This document shows positions 56,725 to 64,000 of a DNA stretch of 64,000 nucleotides, one piece after another. Origin of the DNA: an uncultured Candidatus Saccharibacteria bacterium (GTDB lineage Bacteria; Patescibacteriota; UBA1384; XYA2-FULL-43-10); contig CAYRRY010000001.1 of assembly GCA_964426805.1 (NCBI GenBank), positions 2,504 through 66,503 of the forward strand, in the 5' to 3' direction. The notes beneath the pieces were generated by a model. That model saw nothing but the letters and a program-made list of their open reading frames with translations, ran no database searches and was not told the origin of the DNA. The position numbers and the translations under genes are program-made. Numbering within the stretch: the first letter of the stretch is position 1; each line of letters opens with the position of its first letter.

Positions 56725-57975
56725 ATGAGAAAATTTAAAGCAAAGAAAACGAACTATTTTGGTGGTCCCAGAAAAAAGACTACCGGCAATCCCGGACAAT
56801 TTTCTAATTCTCGAGGCAGAGTTAGAAAATCTGGAAACGTAGGACAAAGAAAGAAAGCTGGCAGAGGAAAAAGAGAAAATATAGATGTATCAAAGTTCAT
56901 CCGTCACGCTAAACCAAATCAGCCCATAGAGGTCGCAAAAATTCAAAACACTTTTGCTGATTTTGGCTTTTGTAACGAGATTAACAAAAACTTGAACGAA
57001 ATCGGATACGTCTCCCCTACCCCCATTCAGGACAAATCAATCAAACCAATTATGGAGGGACGCGATCTAACTGGTATTGCAAACACAGGAACCGGCAAAA
57101 CCGCTGCTTTCTTGCTACCGCTGATTAACAAATGTTTCAAAGACAAAAATCAGAGAGTTCTAATCATAGCCCCTACGCGAGAACTCGCTCAACAAATTGA
57201 TCAGGAATTCAGAAAGTTTTCCAAAAACATGAATCTGTATTCCGCTACCTGCGTTGGAGGTCTACCTATTCACAGACAGATAAGCATGCTAAAACGAAGA
57301 CCAAGCTTTGTGATAGGAACTCCCGGCAGACTAAAAGATCTAAAAGATAGAAAAACTGTTAATTTCAGCTATTTCCAAAATATAGTGTTAGATGAGATAG
57401 ACAGGATGTTGGATATGGGATTTGTGGATGAGATAAAACAGATTCTTTCCGATCTACCACAAAACCGACACTCACTATTCTTCTCAGCCACACTGCCTCT
57501 AAAGATTGAATCACTTGTTAAGCAATTTTCAAACGATCCAATCATAGTTCGTACAAAAACTGGAGAAACCGCTGCAAATGTTGAGCAAGATGTGATAAAA
57601 GTAAACGAAAAGGAGAAGTTCAACAAACTAAGAGAGATTTTAGTAAGATCTGAGCTAAACAAGGTTCTAATATTTTCAGAAACCAAAAGAGGCGTAGATA
57701 AACTTTCCAAAAATCTTGCAGCCAACGGATTTAGAGCTGACTGCATTCACGGAGATAAACGTCAAAACCAGAGACAAAAAGCACTTTCTAGATTCAAAGA
57801 GAACAATGTCCAGATACTAGTAGCAACAGACGTTGCCGCTCGTGGTCTAGATATCGACAATGTTTCACACGTTATAAACTATACTATTCCAAATAGCTAC
57901 GACGATTACGTTCATCGAATCGGCCGAACTGGCCGTGGAGACAAATCCGGTGTAGCCCTTACGTTTGTAGAATAA
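56725..57975 (+). CDS. DEAD-box ATP-dependent RNA helicase (DEID variant) with Arg/Gly-rich N-terminal extension
   Basis: Q motif, GTGKTAAF, DEID, SAT, HRIGRTGR. Confidence 0.9.
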   Translation: MRKFKAKKTNYFGGPRKKTTGNPGQFSNSRGRVRKSGNVGQRKKAGRGKRENIDVSKFIRHAKPNQPIEVAKIQNTFADFGFCNEINKNLNEIGYVSPTPIQDKSIKPIMEGRDLTGIANTGTGKTAAFLLPLINKCFKDKNQRVLIIAPTRELAQQIDQEFRKFSKNMNLYSATCVGGLPIHRQISMLKRRPSFVIGTPGRLKDLKDRKTVNFSYFQNIVLDEIDRMLDMGFVDEIKQILSDLPQNRHSLFFSATLPLKIESLVKQFSNDPIIVRTKTGETAANVEQDVIKVNEKEKFNKLREILVRSELNKVLIFSETKRGVDKLSKNLAANGFRADCIHGDKRQNQRQKALSRFKENNVQILVATDVAARGLDIDNVSHVINYTIPNSYDDYVHRIGRTGRGDKSGVALTFVE

Positions 57976-58009
57976 TATTCTAGAATTAAATCATTCAGTA
58001 GGTATTGCT

Positions 58010-59830
58010 ATGTATGATTCTTCGAAAATTCGAAATATTGCCATCATCGCTCATGTTGATCACGGCAAAACAACACTTGTTGACGGACTTCTAAAACAGT
58101 CCGGTACTTTTCGCGATAACCAGCTAGAGATGAGCCAAACAACTATTCTGGATACCGGCGACTTGGAGAAAGAGCGTGGTATCACCATCTCTGCCAAGAT
58201 AGCTTCGGTAAAATACAAAGATTGTAAAATCAATATTATAGATACTCCCGGTCACGCAGATTTTTCAGGTGAAGTCGAGAGAACACTAAGCATGGCAGAC
58301 GGTGTTCTTCTTGTTGTAGATGCCCAGGAAGGCCCTATGCCGCAAACCAAGTTTGTACTGAGCCGAGCCCTAGCCCTGAACTTGAAACCGATAGTTATTA
58401 TAAACAAGATTGATAAAAAGGATGCACGGACTTTCGACGTTATAGGAGAAGTAGAGAACCTATTTTTAGACCTAGCCACTACAGACGATCAGCTAGATTT
58501 TCCTGTTTACTTTGCAGTTGGTCGCGAAGGTAAGGCTTTCGATGAAATACCAGAAGATATTTCTAACACAAAGGGCGACCTGTTGCCCATCTTCGATGCA
58601 ATCCTAAGTCACATACCTGCCCCTACTGCGAACATTGATGGAGAGTTCCAGATGCTGGTATCCGCCCTTGAGTGGGATTCTTTTAAAGGCAAGTACGCTG
58701 TCGGTAAAATTCAGCGTGGAAAAGTATCTAAAGGTGACACAGTATCCCTAATTAATAATGAAGGACTAATAACAGAATCAAATATTGAAAATATCTATAT
58801 TTCAGACGGACTAGAAAAAAACGAAGCATCGGTTGCTGGTGCAGGAGAGATTGTTCGCCTTACAGGTGTTCCAAATGCTAATATCGGCGAAACTATTACC
58901 TCATCCGAAAATCCTGAGCCGCTACCTCACATAGAAGTAGAAGCTCCCACACTACAAATCACCATAGGCCCAAACACTTCACCCTTTGCGGGACTTGAGG
59001 GAAAATTCACAACTTCAAGACAGATCGAAGCCCGTCTAAACAAAGAGCTAGAAACCAACGTTAGCCTTCGAGTTGAAAAAAAGGATACGACTTTTGTAGT
59101 TTCTGGCCGAGGAGAACTTCACCTCTCGATTCTAATCGAAACATTGCGTAGAGAAGGGTATGAGATGGAAGTTGGACGACCAACAGTTGTTACGAAATTT
59201 GAAGATAATGTTGAACTTGAGCCCGTTGAAGAGTTGACTATTGATGTTCCAGACGAATTTTGTGGAGCGATCAACAGTGAACTTGGCAACAGACGAGCGA
59301 TTTTAATTAATTCTGCAGTAACCACTGTAGGTTCAACTAGACTAACGTTTAAAATATCAACAAGAGCACTTTTAGGGCTTAGAAACGTTCTTCTGACCAG
59401 AACCAAGGGCACAGCAATTATGAATAGCTTACTTGTAGGATACGAGCCCATGGGAGATAAACTTCAGAAACTCAGAAACGGAGCGCTTATATCTGCCGAA
59501 AACGGAACAGCAGTCACATATGGGCTAAAGGTTGTAGAAGAACGCGGAACATCCTTTGTGGGCCCCGCCACACGTATATACGAAGGTATGATAGTAGGTT
59601 TAAACAGACGATCTGAGGATATGGAGATAAATGCTTGTAAAGAGAAACAGCTAACCAATGTTCGGGCCGCATCCAGCGACATCGCAACAGCGCTAGTGCC
59701 ATTTATTTCGCTATCCCTGGAGGAATCACTAGATTTTATAGAAGATGACGAGCTTTTAGAAGTTACTCCCGCATCGCTTCGTATGCGAAAAAGGCACCTA
59801 ACAGCTCTCAGTCGAAAAAAGAACAAATAA
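58010..59830 (+). CDS. typA: translational GTPase TypA/BipA
   Basis: AHVDHGKTTL, DTPGHADF, NKID and BipA-specific C-terminal domain. 606 aa. Confidence 0.92.
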   Translation: MYDSSKIRNIAIIAHVDHGKTTLVDGLLKQSGTFRDNQLEMSQTTILDTGDLEKERGITISAKIASVKYKDCKINIIDTPGHADFSGEVERTLSMADGVLLVVDAQEGPMPQTKFVLSRALALNLKPIVIINKIDKKDARTFDVIGEVENLFLDLATTDDQLDFPVYFAVGREGKAFDEIPEDISNTKGDLLPIFDAILSHIPAPTANIDGEFQMLVSALEWDSFKGKYAVGKIQRGKVSKGDTVSLINNEGLITESNIENIYISDGLEKNEASVAGAGEIVRLTGVPNANIGETITSSENPEPLPHIEVEAPTLQITIGPNTSPFAGLEGKFTTSRQIEARLNKELETNVSLRVEKKDTTFVVSGRGELHLSILIETLRREGYEMEVGRPTVVTKFEDNVELEPVEELTIDVPDEFCGAINSELGNRRAILINSAVTTVGSTRLTFKISTRALLGLRNVLLTRTKGTAIMNSLLVGYEPMGDKLQKLRNGALISAENGTAVTYGLKVVEERGTSFVGPATRIYEGMIVGLNRRSEDMEINACKEKQLTNVRAASSDIATALVPFISLSLEESLDFIEDDELLEVTPASLRMRKRHLTALSRKKNK

Positions 59831-59899
59831 TTTCCAACCATATAAATACTAAAAACACACCCATTTGGGTGTGTTTTTAGTTAAACAAATATCTATCGA

Positions 59900-60064
59900 T
59901 TAAGCTCGTTCGTGTTTTTCTACAAACCTCTTTATCGCATCGATGTTTTCTATCACCATCTTCGCTTTTTTAACACCAAACTGAAAAGGATATTTGTCTT
60001 CCTCATCATTTTTGATAACTATCATCGCGTTTCCCTTGAACTCTGATTCTTCTACAATCGCCAT
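59900..60064 (-). CDS. 54-aa hypothetical small protein
   Basis: Minus-strand ATG at 60064 with GGAGG 6 nt upstream. The leader shares a 19-bp stretch with the leader of ORF 60352..60669. Confidence 0.35.
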   Translation of the reverse strand: MAIVEESEFKGNAMIVIKNDEEDKYPFQFGVKKAKMVIENIDAIKRFVEKHERA

Positions 60065-60139
60065 TTTGCCTCCAAATTAAATATATAAAGATTATAACAA
60101 TTCTGCAGCTCCAGTGCCACTTTCTATTACTTCACGAGC

Positions 60140-60373
60140 CTACTGCATCGATATCCATTGGTTCATAGTGTCAACAGCATCTTGTTTCGCCACCATCAGC
60201 TCATTCCACTCTTGATCATCAAGCTCCCTGAGTCTCCGCTGCAATCTGTTTATCGTATCACTATCACGCGGGCTGATAATGTCACCCGTATGCCCACCCA
60301 ACTTATGCACCTTGTCTATTGTCGCTGTGGATTCTACATAAGGTTTTTTGTTCACGTCTTCTCGACCAGACAT
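60140..60373 (-). CDS. small hypothetical protein, paralog of 60352..60669
   Basis: Shared motifs VHKLGGHTGDIIS / VHQFGGRTRDIIS and EWNELMVAKQDA / EWDELMALKTDA. Confidence 0.45.
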   Translation of the reverse strand: MSGREDVNKKPYVESTATIDKVHKLGGHTGDIISPRDSDTINRLQRRLRELDDQEWNELMVAKQDAVDTMNQWISMQ

Positions 60374-60669
60374 TTTTTCTTGTAACCAAGCCCCCCCATT
60401 CTTTCATTAGCATCAGTTTTTAATGCCATGAGTTCATCCCACTCAGCGTTGTCCAGGTTGCTTCTAAATCTGCCTACGCTTTCTTGTAGCTTATTAATTC
60501 TAGCAAGACTTTCTTGGCTAATAATATCCCTAGTTCGTCCTCCAAATTGATGCACTCGTTTAGCCATTTCAGAGGAACTAACGTATTCCGCTATTTTATC
60601 AGTGTTTCCATCTACTTCTTCTCTTTCGTCTTCCGCTGGATTATGCGAAGTCGGTCTTGCTTCCACCAT
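60352..60669 (-). CDS. small hypothetical protein, paralog of 60140..60373
   Basis: As above. GGAGG RBS. Confidence 0.45.
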   Translation of the reverse strand: MVEARPTSHNPAEDEREEVDGNTDKIAEYVSSSEMAKRVHQFGGRTRDIISQESLARINKLQESVGRFRSNLDNAEWDELMALKTDANERMGGLGYKKKCLVEKT

Positions 60670-60725
60670 AGTTCCTCCAAATTAAATATATAGAAATTAT
60701 ATCATCTTTTGATTTATTTTCATAT

Positions 60726-60758
60726 TTGCTAAACGCCTCATACGAGTGAGGCGTTTAG
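60726..60758. repeat. palindromic repeat copy C (TTGCTAAACGCCTCA-tacgag-TGAGGCGTTTAG)
   Basis: Near-identical to copy D. A second GC hairpin CGGCCTCGC-atgag-GCGAGGCCG lies at 60808-60830. Confidence 0.75.
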
Positions 60759-60853
60759 ACTCAAACCACGCTCACATTTATTTGATTATAATATTTTTTA
60801 AACAGCTACGGCCTCGCATGAGGCGAGGCCGCTAGTAACGATACATCTTACTC

Positions 60854-62221
60854 TTAATGAGCGGGATAGTTCCCGTCAAAACATGCTTTACAGAAATCCT
60901 CAGGATCCCACCCAAAAGATCTTATGACTTCATCTAGGCCTTCGAGCGAGAGAAAGTGAAGCTTGTCTGCACCGATCTCTTTGCGAATAGCCTCAACATC
61001 TCCTTTCAGCCGGTGAGCAATCAGCTCCTCGTTGGTTGGGGTATCTATGCCAAGGTTACATCGACAGTAAAACATGGGACAGGGAATAAATACTTCAACC
61101 GAGCTTGGGTTGTTTCTTCGTAGAACCTCGACAACAGGGCCGATAGTTGTTCCACGAACAATTGAGTCGTCCACTACCAACAAGCGAAGACCAGGCTCTG
61201 TCCTGCAAGGAACGTGTTTGCTCCAAACACTAGCTACTCTCATCGACTGCAAAGGCTGAAGAAACGTACGCCTTTTGCCGACGTTAATCAAAAACGGATC
61301 ATATTCTATTCCGCTCTCCCGATACAGTCCAAGAGCTCCACCAAGACCGCTGTTGAGCACTGGCACCACGCGAGCGTCGGAGTCAGGCAAGAGGCCAACT
61401 TCCCTGGCAAGCTGTGCGCCCAAAGCTTTTCGGAAATCCAAGCAGGTAACGCCTCTGAACTTAGAAAACGCTCTTTGGAAATAGATGAACTCGAAGATGC
61501 AGTTGTCAGGATCTGCTGGCGCAAAACGTTCACGTTGCACGGTGCCGTCCGGGTGGACGTAGACCACCTCTCCCGGCTCAACCTCACCATCGACAGTCCC
61601 GCCGACACTCTCTATGGCACAAGTCTCGGAAGCGGCAAGAAAGGCAGTGCGACCATCTATCTCGATATGCCCGGTGTACAAAGGACGAATGCCGTGCGGG
61701 TCTCGCACATAGGCCACAACTCCTCCTGATTGAAGAATACAGAGGGAGTAAGAGCCTTCAAGTTTCGTACAAACCGAGGTAATCCGTTCATGCAATGTCC
61801 CTTTGGCCTGCGCCAGAAGTGCAGCCACGTACTCGGTATCGCTTCCGAACTCCATCTCCTTCTCTGTTCCTGGAACGAGCATGCCTTGAAGATCGTCAAC
61901 GTTGGTAATGTTGCCGTTGTGAGCAAGTGCAATATCACCAACGTGGAACGGGTGTGCACCCGCTTCGCCAGAGCCAGCGCTTGTTGGGTATCGGACATGG
62001 CCGATGCTTGCTCGACCAAGCAGAAGCGTTCGCATGCGCTCAGAAAAAACTTCTTCCGGACTGCCTTGGCCCTTGACTACTCTCAGCTCATTTGGCTCGC
62101 ACCCCCCGGATATCGCTATCCCAGCTGCATCATCGCCCCTGTTTGTCTGCATTTCAAGCATTCCCAATACGAGCGTTGCGGCCGAAAGATCTATGCAACT
62201 TGCACCGGCAATACCACACAT
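60854..62221 (-). CDS. purF: amidophosphoribosyltransferase (glutamine PRPP amidotransferase), GC-rich gene; start at Met 62221 so that Cys is the N-terminal nucleophile
   Basis: MCGIAG Ntn start, PRTase motif VVDDSIVRGTT, C-terminal Cys cluster. Codon usage is visibly GC-richer than neighbours. Confidence 0.85.
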   Translation of the reverse strand: MCGIAGASCIDLSAATLVLGMLEMQTNRGDDAAGIAISGGCEPNELRVVKGQGSPEEVFSERMRTLLLGRASIGHVRYPTSAGSGEAGAHPFHVGDIALAHNGNITNVDDLQGMLVPGTEKEMEFGSDTEYVAALLAQAKGTLHERITSVCTKLEGSYSLCILQSGGVVAYVRDPHGIRPLYTGHIEIDGRTAFLAASETCAIESVGGTVDGEVEPGEVVYVHPDGTVQRERFAPADPDNCIFEFIYFQRAFSKFRGVTCLDFRKALGAQLAREVGLLPDSDARVVPVLNSGLGGALGLYRESGIEYDPFLINVGKRRTFLQPLQSMRVASVWSKHVPCRTEPGLRLLVVDDSIVRGTTIGPVVEVLRRNNPSSVEVFIPCPMFYCRCNLGIDTPTNEELIAHRLKGDVEAIRKEIGADKLHFLSLEGLDEVIRSFGWDPEDFCKACFDGNYPAH

Positions 62222-62395
62222 GCAATTCGCTCTCCTTTTTGGATGTAAAAGTGCAAAGTTCACTTCTCACTGTTAATATAACAGCTATTCAGGTTAAAGT
62301 AATCTTTTTGTTCCAAATTAAACAATATAAAAAAATACCCGCGTAGACAGGCATGTAATAGCAAAACAATTTAGGCTAACCCAATAATTTCGAAC

Positions 62396-62428
62396 TTGCT
62401 AAACGCCTCATGCGAGTGAGGCGTTTGG
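62396..62428. repeat. palindromic repeat copy D (TTGCTAAACGCCTCA-tgcgag-TGAGGCGTTTGG), direct orientation relative to copy C
   Basis: Read directly from sequence. Confidence 0.75.
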
Positions 62429-62439
62429 CGACAAGACAA

Positions 62440-63040
62440 AAAAAACACCGAGCTATATGCAATGTGTATTTTTTTATACTATATAATCAATCCTCTTTTG
62501 CTCCATAAAAACAACACAGGCCCGACGACTGTCGAGACCTGCTAGTAGTGTGCATTCCCCAATTGAGGAGTGCTGTATTATTGCGAGGCGTAGTGAAACC
62601 GCCCAGTCCACCGTAGTGCAGTAGTACATACTGCTGCCGTAAGTGGCATGTCTTTGCGCGGGTTTTTCCTGAGGCGCCAGGGCGACTTACGGTGCCCTAG
62701 CCTGCGTCGATATGCGCGCGTGACTGAGTGCGCGAAGTGTCATGATACCACCTCCAGCAAACGAGATGTGCTCGCGCTAGGCCTTGATACAGTGGAGCGG
62801 AACTTCTGAGGGTTCGAACAACTGGGTTGGTTGACGTCACGAGTCCCGGAGTCCAGGAGGTGGATCGGACAGGGGCCAAAGATGGGTACATCTTGCGCGA
62901 TGGAGCGCGGTGTTTATGTATTGTCATGCTTTTACCGCTCAGCATGACTCGGAAAGCCTCGCCTCCTTAAATGCATCGCCAACAATTATGCTCATGTTCA
63001 ATATTTAGTATACTCTAAACATTTTCGATGTCAACAATAA
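62440..63040. ncRNA. GC-rich, non-coding, highly structured region; candidate large structured RNA of unknown class
   Basis: No credible ORF. Local hairpins GCAGTA-gtaca-TACTGC, CGCGC..GCGCG and CATGCT..AGCATG. Long-range complementarity CCGTAAGT/ACTTACGG and CCACCTCC (62748)/GGAGGTGG (62866). Ends at a terminator-like hairpin. Confidence 0.3.
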
Positions 63041-63043
63041 AAA

Positions 63044-63075
63044 AACACCCATTCACGTTAGGTGTTTTTTTAAAA
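63044..63075. terminator. bidirectional intrinsic-terminator-like hairpin (A-tract, AACACC..GGTGTT, TTTTTTT)
   Basis: aaaaaacacccattcacgttaggtgttttttt. Confidence 0.5.
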
Positions 63076-63124
63076 AATATATACAATCTTCTACGTGTAA
63101 AGTGTTACTATAATATATCTATTC

Positions 63125-64000
63125 TCAAACTTTTTTTACCAAGTGTTGATATATTTTAACCATAGCAAAAGTATCTAGCTCGCAATATTTATCAAGATCA
63201 GACAATATCTTCTCTTTTTCATCTTCTCTTTTCCCGTCGAGCACCGATTCCATCCAAAGCCTTTGGGCTGCTGTTCCCCCCTGAATATCCAAATCTTCAT
63301 AAGAAAGCTCAGGGATTAGAGCTGGCAAAACTTTTTTTATAGAAGCACTCCCGAAGAAATCTTTATGGGCGTACGAACCTGTTGAAAATGGCAACATCAG
63401 GTCAACTATCCTATCATTCAAATCTTCATAAAACTTAAGGTGCTCAGGAACCATGCGACCCATTAGTTCGTTGCGACCTTTCTCAAAACCTTCGAACCAA
63501 ACCAAGACCGTGCCCTTGTCACCAATCTGTGATTTTAGTGCCCCAGAGAGGGGCTCCGCTGGATTGCTACTATCTTTATGCAGATACTCAAAGTGTTTCG
63601 CCTCGCCCCCAGGCTTTTCAATCAAGTGCAGAGAATATTGAAATGGAAGTTGCTCGTACGGCTTCAGCCCATCAAAATACGGTATTGTAGAAGATAGCGT
63701 CTCGTAGTCGAGAAAATACAGAGGGTATTTGAGAGTATCTAGAAATGCTTTTATTCTCGGCTTGTTGATAACAGCTTTATCAAATTTGGTAGTCTCAACC
63801 TGGCTTCTCTGTTTACTGTTGAGATTGAAGTCGTTTGGTATTTCAGAGATATTCTTTATTCCCAGCTCCTCAAGTTCTCCGATCTTACTCGCCCCAGATG
63901 AGCAAAGATTGTAAATGCTATATTTTTCGACTTTTTCCAAAGTTTTATAAATATCGAGCCAGTCACCGAATGCACTAAGTCCCGTTTCAGATGGCGATAT
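63125..64000 (-). CDS. DUF2779-family protein (RecB-nuclease-like fold), partial: reading frame is open to the window end, so the true N-terminus lies beyond 64000
   Basis: YFLDYETL motif typical of DUF2779. The track start at 63940 is a TTG, and the frame upstream (…DWLDIYKT) has no stop to position 64000. Confidence 0.55.
   Translation of the reverse strand: MSPSETGLSAFGDWLDIYKTLEKVEKYSIYNLCSSGASKIGELEELGIKNISEIPNDFNLNSKQRSQVETTKFDKAVINKPRIKAFLDTLKYPLYFLDYETLSSTIPYFDGLKPYEQLPFQYSLHLIEKPGGEAKHFEYLHKDSSNPAEPLSGALKSQIGDKGTVLVWFEGFEKGRNELMGRMVPEHLKFYEDLNDRIVDLMLPFSTGSYAHKDFFGSASIKKVLPALIPELSYEDLDIQGGTAAQRLWMESVLDGKREDEKEKILSDLDKYCELDTFAMVKIYQHLVKKV

Noticed and set aside
60726-62428. Integron gene cassette with attC sites for the purF flanking repeats
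   Set aside because: The repeats are simple ~30-bp perfect hairpins, shorter than attC (at least ~57 bp with R''/L''/L'/R' architecture). No intI integrase or attI is present. Only the looser cassette-like description is retained.

Overview
This is a compact, AT-rich bacterial window of mostly housekeeping genes in tightly packed, often overlapping operons, with several 4-nt ATGA start/stop overlaps. The gene content and style are those of a reduced-genome fermentative bacterium, and a Patescibacteria/CPR-like organism is my inference only. 

The main blocks are as follows.
- A lexA / rRNA-methyltransferase / trmH / hisS block.
- An ABC transporter, clpC and nusA.
- A minus-strand cell-envelope cluster: a GH5-like hydrolase, wecB/tagA, two GT4 glycosyltransferases, mreB and murA.
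- A gpmI, gpmI-like paralog, pduL, ackA operon followed by a 2-oxoacid:ferredoxin oxidoreductase operon (alpha, beta, a small acidic ORF, then a gamma-delta fusion).
- A leuS, rpmF, nusB, rnc block.
- An aspS, pheT, pheS block.
- The 3' half of the ribosomal-protein supercluster: secY, adk, map, infA, rpmJ, rpsM, rpsK, rpsD, rpoA, rplQ, then rplM and rpsI.
- A DEAD-box helicase and typA.

Two tRNAs were found by hand-folding: tRNA-Leu(CAA) and tRNA-Ala(GGC), the latter with the G3:U70 pair.

The observations most worth a second look are these.
1. LeuRS carries an inserted, apparently intact NUDIX hydrolase domain with a perfect Nudix box.
2. A visibly GC-rich purF (amidophosphoribosyltransferase) is bracketed by two near-identical direct copies of a ~30-bp palindromic repeat. 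That repeat family has four copies in the window, and there is a second GC-rich ORF elsewhere.
3. Two GC-rich, heavily hairpinned non-coding islands (~4090-4640 and ~62440-63040) look like large structured RNAs. I could not assign them to RNase P, tmRNA or SRP by eye.
4. tRNA-Leu has two extra tandem copies of its last 21 nt, spaced about 104 bp apart.
5. A degenerate iPGM paralog lacking the metal ligands sits immediately downstream of gpmI.
6. A direct-repeat GTTC-N7-GTTC candidate LexA box lies upstream of lexA.

No CRISPR array, integrase or transposase was seen.
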